Below, piece after piece: positions 30,928 to 41,315 of a DNA stretch of 64,000 bases. Every line of letters starts with the position of its first letter. Within the stretch, counting starts at the first letter, position 1. The stretch is taken from contig CAVSZS010000005.1 of the NCBI GenBank assembly GCA_963732485.1, positions 218,685-282,684 of the forward strand. The letters run 5' to 3'. The translations under genes were made by a program, and so were the position numbers. This DNA comes from Candidatus Aminicenantes bacterium. Its GTDB lineage: Bacteria > Acidobacteriota > Aminicenantia > UBA2199. Below the pieces are notes generated by a model, which made no database searches, was not told the DNA's origin, and saw nothing but the letters and a program-made list of their open reading frames with translations.

Positions 30928-32608
30928 TCGCCAGGAAAAAAAGCGCTTCTTCGCCCTGACCATTTTTTTCTTTCTCTGGATCTTCGCCATCAGCTTCAAG
31001 TTGTTCAACATGCAGGTGCTCGACTATACCACCTACATGGCCAAGGTCAAGGCCCAGACCCATCGCGTCGAGGAGCTTCATTCCAAGCGCGGCACCATCA
31101 CCGACCGCAACGGCGAGATCCTGGCCATCTCGCTGCGCTCCAAGTCGGCCTTCATCAGCAACAAGGACAGCGCGCTTTCCCTCGCCGCCTTTCGCGAGTT
31201 CTGCCTGCGGCTGCCGCTCTCCGGCGCCCAGAAGGTGAATGTCGCCAAGCGCATCCGCCGCGGAGAAAAATTCATCTGGCTGAAGCGCAAGCTGACCGAC
31301 GAGGAATACCTGAAGGTCAAGTCCCTGGCCGAGGTCGGGACAACGTCCGGAGCTATCGATTTTCTGGACGAGTATCGCCGGGTCTACCCGCAGCGCCAGC
31401 TCGCCGCCCACGTTCTCGGCGGCGTGGGCATCGACGAGCAGGCGCTGGGCGGCATCGAGACGAGCCTGAACTCCGAGATCAAGGGCCACGGCGGCAAGCT
31501 GAAGGTCCTCATCGACGCCCGCAAGCGCATCTTCCAGTTCAAGTACCTGGAGCAGCCGGTGCCGGGTCGCGACATCCACCTGAGCATCGACGCGCCCCTG
31601 CAGTTCTTCGTGGAACGGGAACTGGCGGCGGCGGTCGAGTTGTACCGCGCCGCCGGCGGCGCCGTGATCGTCATGGACAGCCGCAGCGGCCAGGTCCTGG
31701 CCATGGCATCCAACCCGAGCTACGACCCGGAGACGATCTGGAAAACCCCCCTGCCGGTCCTGAAGAACAAGGCGATTTCCTTCCTCTACGACCCCGGCTC
31801 CACCTTCAAGGTCGTGCTGGCGGCATCGGCCCTGGAGAACCGCGCCTGCGGCCGCCAGGAAACCTTCGACTGCCACAACGGCGTCTACGCCATACGCGAC
31901 CGGCAGATTATCGACATCCACCCCTACGCCCGGCTCTCTTTCGACGACATCATCGTGCACTCGAGCAACATCGGCGCCGCGCAGGTCGGCATGCGCCTGG
32001 GCGGTGACAGATATTCCCAAACCATCGGCCACTTCGGATTCGGCCGCCGCACCGGCATCCGGCTGCCGGCGGAAGAGAACGGCATCGTCAATCCGCCGCA
32101 AAAATGGAGCGGCGTCTCGCTGGCCTTCCTTTCCTTCGGCTACGAGATCGCGGTGACGCCACTGCAGATGGCGGCCGCCTTCAACGTGCCCGCCTCGGGC
32201 GGCTTTTTCGTGCGGCCGCAGATCCTGCGCGCCGGCCCGCCTGACGGCGAGCGCGAGCGCGTGCTCTCCGCAGGCAGCAGCGAGCAGCTGGCGGAGATCA
32301 TGACCGCCGTCGTCAGTCGCGGCACCGGCAAGAAAGCCGGCATCGCCGGCCTGGAGATCGCCGGGAAAACCGGCACGGCCCACAAGATCAAGACGGGGAA
32401 ATATGCCGGCAGCTACGTTTCCTCATTCGGCGGTTTTTTTCCGGCCCGCGATCCGCGCGTGACCATGTTCGTGATCATCGACGAGCCCGAAGGCCTGTAC
32501 TTCGGCGGCGACGTGGCCGCGCCTGTTTTCAAGTCCATCGCCGAGAAGATCATGCTCTGCCTCGGCATGTTTCACGATTCCGCGGCGCAAAACGAGATCC
32601 GCTTATGA
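30917..32608 (+). CDS. ftsI: Peptidoglycan D,D-transpeptidase FtsI (PBP3)
   Basis: N-terminal TM helix, PBP dimerisation domain, and transpeptidase motifs SxxK (GSTFK), SxN (HSSN) and KTGT. Confidence 0.85.
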   Translation: MNANRQEKKRFFALTIFFFLWIFAISFKLFNMQVLDYTTYMAKVKAQTHRVEELHSKRGTITDRNGEILAISLRSKSAFISNKDSALSLAAFREFCLRLPLSGAQKVNVAKRIRRGEKFIWLKRKLTDEEYLKVKSLAEVGTTSGAIDFLDEYRRVYPQRQLAAHVLGGVGIDEQALGGIETSLNSEIKGHGGKLKVLIDARKRIFQFKYLEQPVPGRDIHLSIDAPLQFFVERELAAAVELYRAAGGAVIVMDSRSGQVLAMASNPSYDPETIWKTPLPVLKNKAISFLYDPGSTFKVVLAASALENRACGRQETFDCHNGVYAIRDRQIIDIHPYARLSFDDIIVHSSNIGAAQVGMRLGGDRYSQTIGHFGFGRRTGIRLPAEENGIVNPPQKWSGVSLAFLSFGYEIAVTPLQMAAAFNVPASGGFFVRPQILRAGPPDGERERVLSAGSSEQLAEIMTAVVSRGTGKKAGIAGLEIAGKTGTAHKIKTGKYAGSYVSSFGGFFPARDPRVTMFVIIDEPEGLYFGGDVAAPVFKSIAEKIMLCLGMFHDSAAQNEIRL

Positions 32609-34062
32609 AATACCTGGATGAACTTCTTGGCAAGCACGAGTCCCTGGCCTGGCGCGGCGACCTGCACGTCGTTGTCAGCGGCATCGAGTTCGATTCGCGC
32701 CGCGTGCTCCCCGGTGGCTGCTACGTCGCGGTCAAGGGCTTTCGCGAGGATGGAATCGCCTATGTCGGCGATGCCGTCGCCCGCGGCGCCGCCGCCGTCG
32801 TCTCGGTCCACCCGCCCGCCGCGGAATACCCGCAGGTCACCTGGGTGCAGGTCAAGAACGACCGTCGGGCGCTGAGCGCCATGGCCAGCCGCTTTTTTGA
32901 CAATCCCTCGCGGAGCCTGAAGGTGATCGGCGTGACCGGCACCAACGGCAAGACGACCACCGTGGCCCTGGTCCAGGAACTGCTCGGCGCCGCCACCACC
33001 GCCGCCATCGGCACCCTGGGCATGAGCTTCGCCGCCAGCTCCCGGCCCACGAAACTGACCACGCCGGAGGCCCCCGAGCTGTTCGCCTTCATGGCCGATG
33101 CGGTCAAGGCCGGCTGCGCGAACCTGGTCATGGAGGTCTCCTCGGCCTCACTCAGCCTGAACCGCGTCGACGACATCGCGTTCTCCCAGGCGGTGTTCAC
33201 CTCCTTCTCCGGGGACCATCTGGATTTCCACGGCACCATGGAGAACTATTTCGAGGCCAAGCTCTCCCTGTTCAAAAAGCTCGGCAGCGACCATTGGGCG
33301 ATCATCAACGGCGATGACCCCATGGGGCCGCGCATCATCCGCGAGCTGAACTGCCGCTATGTCACGTTCGGTTTTTCGCCAACGGCCGACATCCGGCCGT
33401 TGAAATACGCATTCAGCATGGATGGCATCAAGGCCGTGCTGCAGACGCCGCGCGGCAAGATCGAGTTCCAGAGCCGGCTGCTGGGTCGCTTCAACCTGCT
33501 GAACATCATGGCGGCGGTCAGCTCGGCCCTGGTCAAGGGCGTCGGCGCCGACCGCATCAGCGACGCCCTGGCCGCCTTCATGCCGGTCAAGGGCCGGGCG
33601 AATATCGCCTATGCCGGAGATTTCCTGGTCGTGGTGGACTATGCCCACACCGACGATGCGCTGGAGAACCTGCTGCGGGCTTTCCGCGAGGTCACGCGGG
33701 GCAAGTTGCTGCTGGTTTTCGGCGCCGGGGGCTCGCGCGACAGGACGAAGCGGCCGCGCATGGCCCAGGTCGCCGGCCGCCTGGCCGACCGGGTGGTGGT
33801 GACCAGCGACAACCCGCGTCAGGAGGACCCGCAGGCCATTATCGCCGACATCGTGGCCGGCTTCGACCCCGGCTTCACGGCCTATCAGACCGAACCCGAC
33901 CGCCGGGCGGCCATCGGCCTGGCCCTGGACATGGCCGCTGCCGGCGATGTGGTGCTGATCGCGGGCAAGGGGCATGAGAACTACCAGATCTTCAAGGATC
34001 GCACCGTCCATTTCGACGACGTCGAGGTGGTGCGGGAAAAAATGGAGCCGCGCCATGCCTGA
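32605..34062 (+). CDS. murE: UDP-N-acetylmuramoyl-L-alanyl-D-glutamate--2,6-diaminopimelate ligase
   Basis: Mur ligase P-loop (GVTGTNGKTTT), the MurE-specific DNPR motif (VVTSDNPRQEDP), and its position in the dcw order. Confidence 0.9.
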   Translation: MKYLDELLGKHESLAWRGDLHVVVSGIEFDSRRVLPGGCYVAVKGFREDGIAYVGDAVARGAAAVVSVHPPAAEYPQVTWVQVKNDRRALSAMASRFFDNPSRSLKVIGVTGTNGKTTTVALVQELLGAATTAAIGTLGMSFAASSRPTKLTTPEAPELFAFMADAVKAGCANLVMEVSSASLSLNRVDDIAFSQAVFTSFSGDHLDFHGTMENYFEAKLSLFKKLGSDHWAIINGDDPMGPRIIRELNCRYVTFGFSPTADIRPLKYAFSMDGIKAVLQTPRGKIEFQSRLLGRFNLLNIMAAVSSALVKGVGADRISDALAAFMPVKGRANIAYAGDFLVVVDYAHTDDALENLLRAFREVTRGKLLLVFGAGGSRDRTKRPRMAQVAGRLADRVVVTSDNPRQEDPQAIIADIVAGFDPGFTAYQTEPDRRAAIGLALDMAAAGDVVLIAGKGHENYQIFKDRTVHFDDVEVVREKMEPRHA

Positions 34063-35446
34063 GCTCGCCATGGCCGAGATCGCCGGCGCCGTTTCCGGCA
34101 GCGCCGACCGCCGCTTCGCCGCGCTCTCGTTCCAGGGCTTCCAGTTCGATACGCGGGCCATGAAGGCCAACACGCTGTTCTTCGCCCTGCGCGGACCCAA
34201 GGCCGACGGGCACGATCATGTCCGCGACCTGCTGGCTGTCCCCGGGGCCGGCGCCGTGGTGCGCAAGGATTTCGCTCCCGGCAGCTTGCGCCTGCCGCTG
34301 CTGCGCGTCGACGACCCGCTGCGCGCCGCCCAGGACCTGGCCGCGTACGTCCGGAAAAAATATCGCGCCATCCGCTACGTCGGCATCACCGGCAGCGCCG
34401 GCAAGACCACGACCAAGGAGTTCGCGCACCAGATCCTCTCCCAGGGGCGCCGCTGCTTCCGGGCGCCGCAGAACTGGAACAACTGGATCGGCCTGCCCTT
34501 TTCGCTCCTGCAGCTCTGCGGCAGCGAGGAGGCCGCCGTGTTCGAGCTGGCCATGAGCGACCCGGGCATCGGCGAGATCGACCGCCTGGCGGGGATCCTG
34601 AAGCCCGACGTCGCCGTCCTGCTCAACGTTTTTCCGGTGCATCTGGAATTCCTCAAGACGCTGGCCAACGCCGCCCGCGCCAAGGGGGAGATCCTCGGCT
34701 ACCCCCAGGCCGACGGCTGCGCCTTCGTCAACGGCGACCAGCCGCTGCTGCGCCGGATCGCCCGCGGCCGCCGCGGGCGCATCGTCTTCTTCGGCAGCCA
34801 GCCGGCCCACAACCAGGTGCTATTGAAAAAGGTCGTGCGCCAGGGCGACGGCAGCCGGCTGCTCATCTCCTTCTTCGGCATTGATGAGGAGTTCACCGCG
34901 CCCCTGGTCAGCCGCACCCAGGTCGAGAACCTGTTCGCCGCCATCCTGGTGGCGCAGGCGCTGGGGATGAAGAACTTCGAGATTCAGGAGGCCGTATCCC
35001 GGCTGCAGCCCCTGGCGGGACGCGGCCAGTTCCGCCGCCTGGATCGGGTCACCCTCATCGACGAGACCTACAATTCCAACCCGGAAGCCCTGAAAAGAAC
35101 GCTGCAATGGGTGGACGGGGAATACGCCGGCCGCAAGGTCGCCGTGCTGGGCGATATGCTGGAACTCGGCAGGAATGAGCGGCGCTTCCACCGCGAAGCG
35201 GGCCGCTTTTTTGCCGGCCTGCATTTCGACCTGCTGCTGACCGTGGGCCGCCGCGCCGAGGCGATTGCGGCCGCCGCGCGCCAGGCGGGATTTCCGACCC
35301 GGCGCATCTCCTGTTTCCAGGACGCGCTCGCGGCCGGTGAATTCCTGCGCCGGGATCTCGAGCGCGACCGCAAAGCCGTGGTCCTGTTCAAGGGTTCGCG
35401 GGGCATGGCCCTGGAAAAGGCCATCGCGGAGTTCAGCCGTGGATAA
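34055..35446 (+). CDS. murF: UDP-N-acetylmuramoyl-tripeptide--D-alanyl-D-alanine ligase
   Basis: P-loop GITGSAGKTTTKEF and MurF domain order. Its start overlaps the murE stop. Confidence 0.9.
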   Translation: MPELAMAEIAGAVSGSADRRFAALSFQGFQFDTRAMKANTLFFALRGPKADGHDHVRDLLAVPGAGAVVRKDFAPGSLRLPLLRVDDPLRAAQDLAAYVRKKYRAIRYVGITGSAGKTTTKEFAHQILSQGRRCFRAPQNWNNWIGLPFSLLQLCGSEEAAVFELAMSDPGIGEIDRLAGILKPDVAVLLNVFPVHLEFLKTLANAARAKGEILGYPQADGCAFVNGDQPLLRRIARGRRGRIVFFGSQPAHNQVLLKKVVRQGDGSRLLISFFGIDEEFTAPLVSRTQVENLFAAILVAQALGMKNFEIQEAVSRLQPLAGRGQFRRLDRVTLIDETYNSNPEALKRTLQWVDGEYAGRKVAVLGDMLELGRNERRFHREAGRFFAGLHFDLLLTVGRRAEAIAAAARQAGFPTRRISCFQDALAAGEFLRRDLERDRKAVVLFKGSRGMALEKAIAEFSRG

Positions 35447-36812
35447 GAGAACGATCGCGGTATTGGGCTTCGGCCGGACCGGGCAAGCCGTGCTGGCCTA
35501 CCTGCTGGTCCATGAGCCGCGAACGCCGCTGCTCCTTTTCAACGACAGCGAGATCCTCGACCTGGAAAAGCGGCGCGCCTTCGAGTTGCGCGGCGTGCGC
35601 TTCCTGACCGGCGCCGCCGCCTTCGCCGAGCTTGCCGGCTGCCAACTGGTCGTCATGAGCCCGGGGTTCGACGGCCGGCAACCGCGATTCGCCGCGCTGC
35701 GCCAGGGCGGCTCCGAGGTGATATCCGAGATCGAATTCGCCTGCCGCCGCCTGCAGGCCCGCATCATCGCGGTCAGCGGCAGCAACGGCAAGTCGACCAC
35801 GGTCAGCCTGATCCAGCATCTGCTGACCGCCGGCGGCATGCGCAGCCGCCTGGCGGGGAACATCGGCACGCCGCTGATCAGCGAGGTTGATGACATTCCG
35901 CCCGGTTCCCTGGCGGTCCTGGAGCTGTCCAGCTTTCAGCTCGAGGAAATCGACCGCTTCCGGCCCGAGGTGGCGGTGCTGCTCAACATCACTCCCGATC
36001 ATCTCGACCGCTATCCCTCCATGGCCGAGTACAGTGCCGCCAAGTTCAACCTGTTCCGCAACCAGGAGCCCGACGACGTCATGGTGCTGAATGCCGACGA
36101 CCCCCTGCTGCGTGACGCCGCCAAGCTCGGCCGCGGCCGGCCCTTCTGGTTCTCCGCCAGCCGCCCCGGGATCAACGGAGCCCACATCGAGGGCCGTGAC
36201 CTCATCCTGGACATGGGCGGCGGGGCCAGCGAAACGGTCTCCCTGCGCCGAAATCCCCTGCGCGGTATCCACAACCTGGAAAACATCATGGCCGCGGCCC
36301 TGGCCTGCCGCGCCGTGGGACTGACGGCCGCCGCCATCGAGTCCGGCCTGGCCGGCTTCCGCGGCTTGCCGCATCGCATGGAGGACGCGGGGCGGGTCGG
36401 CGGCGTTGAGTTCATCAACGACTCCAAGGCCACCAATGTCGATGCGGCGCTGAAGTCCATCGCCAGCATCGACGGCGAGCTGGTGGTGATCCTCGGCGGC
36501 AAGGACAAAGGCGGCGATTTCGCCGCCCTGCTGGAGCCGCTGCGGCAACGGGCGCGCCGGGTATTGCTGCTGGGCAAGGCCGCGCCGCTGCTGGCGGCGC
36601 AGCTGGCGGAGCTCGGCGAGCGCCTGGCTTTCGTCCGCGACCTCGCGGACGCGGTCGCCACCGGCTACGGCGCGCTGCAGGCCTGCGGCGGCACCGTGCT
36701 GCTGGCTCCGGCCTGCGCCAGTTTCGATATGTTCGACAATTTCGAACAGCGCGGCGAGGTCTTCAAGGCGGAAGTAGCGCGCCTGCGCGAACGGGAGCAT
36801 GGACATGGTTAA
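35439..36812 (+). CDS. murD: UDP-N-acetylmuramoylalanine--D-glutamate ligase
   Basis: N-terminal Rossmann motif (AVLGFGRTGQA) and P-loop (VSGSNGKSTT). A GTG start overlaps the murF stop. mraY is not found between murF and murD. Confidence 0.85.
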   Translation: MDKRTIAVLGFGRTGQAVLAYLLVHEPRTPLLLFNDSEILDLEKRRAFELRGVRFLTGAAAFAELAGCQLVVMSPGFDGRQPRFAALRQGGSEVISEIEFACRRLQARIIAVSGSNGKSTTVSLIQHLLTAGGMRSRLAGNIGTPLISEVDDIPPGSLAVLELSSFQLEEIDRFRPEVAVLLNITPDHLDRYPSMAEYSAAKFNLFRNQEPDDVMVLNADDPLLRDAAKLGRGRPFWFSASRPGINGAHIEGRDLILDMGGGASETVSLRRNPLRGIHNLENIMAAALACRAVGLTAAAIESGLAGFRGLPHRMEDAGRVGGVEFINDSKATNVDAALKSIASIDGELVVILGGKDKGGDFAALLEPLRQRARRVLLLGKAAPLLAAQLAELGERLAFVRDLADAVATGYGALQACGGTVLLAPACASFDMFDNFEQRGEVFKAEVARLREREHGHG

Positions 36813-37911
36813 AGCCAGCGGCATCGACCGCACCCTGGTCGCCGTTTCCCTGCTGCTCATCGCCATCGGCTTCCTGATGATCTTCAGCACCACGACGGTC
36901 ATCGCCCGGGAAAAATTCGGCAACAGCTTCCATTTTTTCAACAAGCAGCTGCTGTATCTCGTCCTGGGGCTGGTGGTCTTCCTTTTCCTGATCCTGTTCC
37001 GCTCGCCCTTCTACCTGAACCCGCGCCTGGTCATGGCCATCATGGCCCTGGCCTTCACCGGGCTGTCGCTGGTCTTTTTCTTCGAGAAGGTCAACAGCAC
37101 CAGCCGCTGGATCCGCTTCGCCGGCTTGTCGATCCAGCCCTCGGAATTCGCCAAGATCGCCCTGGTGCTCTACCTGGCCATGATGCTCAGCCGCCATGAC
37201 GCCGACATCAACAACCTCAAGAACCTGGGGCTGCTGCTGCTGCCGGTGGCCTTCATGGAGGGTTTGATCCTCAAGGAGCCCGATTTCGGCAACTTCGTGC
37301 TCATCGGGGCGATCACCATGGTCATGCTGTTCATCGCCGGCCTGCGCCTCAAGTATTTCCTGGTTTTCTTCCTGCTGCTGGTCCCGCTCCTCCTGCTGCT
37401 GATCCAGGGCAGCCCCATGCGCAAGGTTCGCATCGACAGTTTCCTGAACCCGGAGAGTTACGCCGCCACCACCGGCTTCCAGGCCACGCAATCGACCTAT
37501 GCCATCGGCTCGGGCGGGCTGTTCGGGCAGGGGATCGGCAATTCCACCCAGAAGCTTTTCTACCTGCCCTATGCCTACTCGGACTTCGTCTTCGCCATCA
37601 TCGCCGAGGAGACAGGGTTCATCGGCGCCCTGGCGGTCATCGCGCTGTTCGTCCTCTATTACCTGCGCGGCATGGTCATCGCCCGCCAGTCGGACAACCC
37701 GCACACCTACCTGCTGGTGACCGGCCTGGTGGCCCTGATCGTGTTCCAGTCCATGATGAACGTCTCGGTGGCCGTCGGCCTATTCCCCACCAAAGGCATC
37801 CCGCTGCCCTTCATCTCCTCGGGGGGGACGTCGCTGCTCGCCTCGCTGATGATCACCGGCATCATCCTCAACGTCTCGCGCCAGCGCAAGGTGGTATTCA
37901 CCAATGATTGA
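36799..37911 (+). CDS. ftsW: SEDS-family peptidoglycan glycosyltransferase FtsW
   Basis: Ten TM helices and SEDS motifs (PSEFAKIALVLYLA, LPFISSGGTS). Confidence 0.85.
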   Translation: MDMVKASGIDRTLVAVSLLLIAIGFLMIFSTTTVIAREKFGNSFHFFNKQLLYLVLGLVVFLFLILFRSPFYLNPRLVMAIMALAFTGLSLVFFFEKVNSTSRWIRFAGLSIQPSEFAKIALVLYLAMMLSRHDADINNLKNLGLLLLPVAFMEGLILKEPDFGNFVLIGAITMVMLFIAGLRLKYFLVFFLLLVPLLLLLIQGSPMRKVRIDSFLNPESYAATTGFQATQSTYAIGSGGLFGQGIGNSTQKLFYLPYAYSDFVFAIIAEETGFIGALAVIALFVLYYLRGMVIARQSDNPHTYLLVTGLVALIVFQSMMNVSVAVGLFPTKGIPLPFISSGGTSLLASLMITGIILNVSRQRKVVFTND

Positions 37912-39289
37912 AAGCAGCCGCATCAAGAAGATCCACTTCGCCGGCATCGGCGGCTCGGGCATGTCGGGCATCGCCGAGGTGCTGCACAACATGGGCTTCC
38001 AGGTCAGCGGCTCGGACATCGCCGAGAACGACACCGTGCGCCGCCTGCGCGCCCAGGGCATGCGCATCGCCATCGGCCATGCCGCCGCCAACGTCGGCGA
38101 CGCCGGGGCGCTGGTCTATTCCAGCGCCATCTCCGAGGATAACGTCGAGGTCCTCGAGGCGCTGCGGAACAAGCTGCCGGTCATCCCGCGGGCGGAGATG
38201 CTGGCCGAGCTGATGCGCATGAAGTTCTCCCTGGCTGTTGCCGGCACCCACGGCAAGACAACCACCACCTCCATGCTGGCCGCCATCCTCACCCAGGCCC
38301 GCCTCGACCCCACCTACGTGGTCGGCGGCCGGCTGAAGATCGAGGGCAGCGGCGCCAAGCTGGGCTCTTCGCGCTACCTGGTCGCCGAGGCCGACGAGTC
38401 GGACGGCAGTTTCCTGAAGCTCTATCCCAGCATCGCCGTGGTGACCAACATCGAGAACGACCACCTGGAGTTTTACGGGCGCATGAAGAACCTGGTCCAG
38501 GCCTTCCGCCAGTTCGCCGACAAGGTCCCATTTTACGGCGCGGTGATCCTGAACAACGACGACGCCAATGTGCGCAAGATCATGCCGCAGATCCGCAAGA
38601 AGATCGTCACCTACGGCTTCGGCGCCGGCGCCGACCTGCGGGCGCTGCGCGTGCGCTGCTCGAGCTTTGCCTCCAGCTATGAGCTGCTCGTGCAGGGACG
38701 CAGCATGGGCACGGTGCGCTTGAGCGTCGGCGGCCGCCATAACGTGGCCAACTCGCTGGCCGCCATCGCCGCCGCCCTGGAAGTCGGGGTCGACCTCGAG
38801 ACCGTCATGGCCAGCCTGGCCCGCTTCACCCTGCCCGAGCGCCGCTTCCAGGTCCTCTATTCCAGCCCCGGGCTGCTGGTCGTCGACGACTACGCCCATC
38901 ATCCCAGCGAAATCAAGGCCACGCTGCGGATGCTGCGGGCCGGCTCCCGCCGGCGGGTGGTCGCGGTCTTTCAGCCGCACCGTTTCACCCGCCTGCACCT
39001 GCTGATGCGCCAGTTCGCCACGGCGTTCCGCCGCGCCGACGTGCTGGTGATCGCCAAGCTCTACACGGCCAACCAGGAGGAGATTGCCGGGGCGAACAGC
39101 CGGGCGCTGGCAGACAGCATCCGCGCGAGCGGCCAGCAGAACGTGTTCTACCTGGAGAGCTTCGAGGAGATCAGCGACTTCCTTGGCAGGGAATTGCAGC
39201 CGGGAGACGGCCTGGTCTTCCTTTCGGCCGGCAACCTCACCCGCCTGGCCCACGAGTTCGCCGCCGCGATGGAGGCGTTGAAAAAATGA
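37904..39289 (+). CDS. murC: UDP-N-acetylmuramate--L-alanine ligase
   Basis: HFAGIGGSGMSGIA N-terminal motif and P-loop GTHGKTTTT. It directly follows ftsW, with no murG between them. Confidence 0.9.
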   Translation: MIESSRIKKIHFAGIGGSGMSGIAEVLHNMGFQVSGSDIAENDTVRRLRAQGMRIAIGHAAANVGDAGALVYSSAISEDNVEVLEALRNKLPVIPRAEMLAELMRMKFSLAVAGTHGKTTTTSMLAAILTQARLDPTYVVGGRLKIEGSGAKLGSSRYLVAEADESDGSFLKLYPSIAVVTNIENDHLEFYGRMKNLVQAFRQFADKVPFYGAVILNNDDANVRKIMPQIRKKIVTYGFGAGADLRALRVRCSSFASSYELLVQGRSMGTVRLSVGGRHNVANSLAAIAAALEVGVDLETVMASLARFTLPERRFQVLYSSPGLLVVDDYAHHPSEIKATLRMLRAGSRRRVVAVFQPHRFTRLHLLMRQFATAFRRADVLVIAKLYTANQEEIAGANSRALADSIRASGQQNVFYLESFEEISDFLGRELQPGDGLVFLSAGNLTRLAHEFAAAMEALKK

Positions 39290-40089
39290 AAGACGCCCTG
39301 GGCGCTTCCCTGAAGTTCGAAACCGAGTTCTTCCGCAAGAGCAACAACCTGACCCTGACGCGCGAGAAGAAGATCCGCTCCATCCAGGTGCGCACGGTGC
39401 ACATGCTGCTGCTGCTGGCGCTGGCGGTGCTGGCCGGGCTGGTGATCTCGCGCGCGGCCGAATTCCTGCTCCGCTGGGACGCCCTGCAGGTGCAGCAGTT
39501 CCGCCTGCGCCGCCAGCCGCTGTTCGCCCGCGCCCGCGTCGCCGCCATCCTGGGGCAGTACGGCGGCAACATCCTGGCCATGGACCTGCAGGACCTGCAG
39601 GCGCAGCTCACGCAGGTGCCCGAGGTGGCCGGGGCTTCCATCCGCCGCATCCTGCCCGATACGGTGGAGATCGATTTCACGCTGCGCCGCCCCTTTTTCC
39701 AGAGCTACCGCAACGGGCAGTACCTGCTGCTGGATGCCAACGGCCTGGAACTCGGCCGGGAAAGGGAATGCCCGGCCGGCCTGGTGGCGCTGCGCGCCGG
39801 CGACCGTGCCGCCGTCGAGGCCATCGCCGCTCTGTCCCGGGAGCTGCGGCCGCTCGGCGACCAGATCGAGTACGTCGCCTACGACGAGCCCCACGGCATG
39901 GTGCTGAAGCTGCGGGCCGTACCCGAGATCATCTACCCCGGGGATGGGGATTTCGCCGCCAAGATCCGCCGCTATTTCAGGATCAAGGAAAGGCTGCCGT
40001 TCGCCGCCGCCGCCATCCGCAGCGTCGACCTGCGCATTCCCGGGCGCATCTATTTCGCATTCGAAGAGCAATTACAGGGGAAGCCATGA
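39286..40089 (+). CDS. ftsQ: Cell division protein FtsQ/DivIB (POTRA domain)
   Basis: Single TM helix, POTRA-like region, and position upstream of ftsA. Confidence 0.6.
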   Translation: MKDALGASLKFETEFFRKSNNLTLTREKKIRSIQVRTVHMLLLLALAVLAGLVISRAAEFLLRWDALQVQQFRLRRQPLFARARVAAILGQYGGNILAMDLQDLQAQLTQVPEVAGASIRRILPDTVEIDFTLRRPFFQSYRNGQYLLLDANGLELGRERECPAGLVALRAGDRAAVEAIAALSRELRPLGDQIEYVAYDEPHGMVLKLRAVPEIIYPGDGDFAAKIRRYFRIKERLPFAAAAIRSVDLRIPGRIYFAFEEQLQGKP

Positions 40090-41306
40090 AAAGCAATTAC
40101 CTGGTCGGCATCGACATCGGCACCAAGAAAATCTGCACGCTGATCGCCCAGATCAAGGCCGACGGCGAGAAAGAGGACGTGGAGATCATCGGCTACGGCG
40201 TGACCGAGTCGCGCGGCCTGCGCAAGGGCAACATCGTCAACATGGAGGCCACGGTCGAGGACATCAAGAAGTCGATCAAGGACGCCGAGCTGACGGCCGG
40301 CGTCATGATCGAGTCGGCGTATGTCAACATCTCCGGCAAGCACGTCCAGAGCATCAACGCCAAGGGCAGCATCAACATCACCGGGCGCAGCAAGGAGATC
40401 AGCCGCGAGGACCTGGAGCGGGCCATCACCCACGCCAGCGCCATCATGCTGCCGGCCGACCGCGCCGTGCTGCACGTGCTGCCCCAGGAGTACATCGTCG
40501 ATTCCCAGGATGGCATCAAGAACCCGGTGGGCATGGTCGGCACCAACCTCGACGTCTACATCCACATCATCACCGGTTCGCTGACCGCGACCAAGAACCT
40601 GCTGCTGTGCCTGAAGAAGGCCAAGGTCAACGTCCTGGGGACGGTGCTGTCGCACATCGCCACTGCCGAGGCGGTGCTGACCTCGGACGAGAAGGAGCTC
40701 GGCGTGCTTTCCATCGACATCGGCGGCGGCACCACCGACATCGCCGTCTTCGAGAAGGGCTCGATCAGCTACTCGGGAACGATCCCGCTGGGCGGCGACA
40801 ACTTCACCACCGACCTGTCCATCGGCATCCGCACCGCCATCGACCGCGCCGAGAAGATCAAGCGCCGCTATGGCTGCGCCATGGACCCCAACCTGAAGGA
40901 CGAGACCATCGAGGTGCCGTCGATCAGCAGCAAGAAGCCGCGGCAGATCTCCACCTCGATCCTGATGAACATCCTCAAGCCCCGGGCCTACGAGATCTTC
41001 GAGATGGTCAAGATGGAGATCGAGAAGGAGGGGCTGCAGAACTCGATCAACGCCGGAGTGGTGATCAGCGGTGGCACCGCGCTGCTCGACGGCATCCTGG
41101 ACGTGGCCGACGGCATTTTTTCGATCCCGGTGCGCATCGGCTATCCCCAGGGTGTCGGCGGCCTGATCGACAAGGTCAACACCCCCGATTTCGCCACGGC
41201 CGTCGGGCTGATCAAGTACGGCTTCGCCGACATGAAAGACAAGGGCTACATTCGCAATAAGCCGAAGAACGTCATGCAAAAATTCAAGGATTACTTCGGA
41301 ATCTAG
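40086..41306 (+). CDS. ftsA: Cell division protein FtsA
   Basis: Actin-like ATPase motifs (VGIDIGTKKI, DIGGGTTD) and a C-terminal amphipathic tail. Confidence 0.9.
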   Translation: MKSNYLVGIDIGTKKICTLIAQIKADGEKEDVEIIGYGVTESRGLRKGNIVNMEATVEDIKKSIKDAELTAGVMIESAYVNISGKHVQSINAKGSINITGRSKEISREDLERAITHASAIMLPADRAVLHVLPQEYIVDSQDGIKNPVGMVGTNLDVYIHIITGSLTATKNLLLCLKKAKVNVLGTVLSHIATAEAVLTSDEKELGVLSIDIGGGTTDIAVFEKGSISYSGTIPLGGDNFTTDLSIGIRTAIDRAEKIKRRYGCAMDPNLKDETIEVPSISSKKPRQISTSILMNILKPRAYEIFEMVKMEIEKEGLQNSINAGVVISGGTALLDGILDVADGIFSIPVRIGYPQGVGGLIDKVNTPDFATAVGLIKYGFADMKDKGYIRNKPKNVMQKFKDYFGI

Positions 41307-41315
41307 GAGGGACAC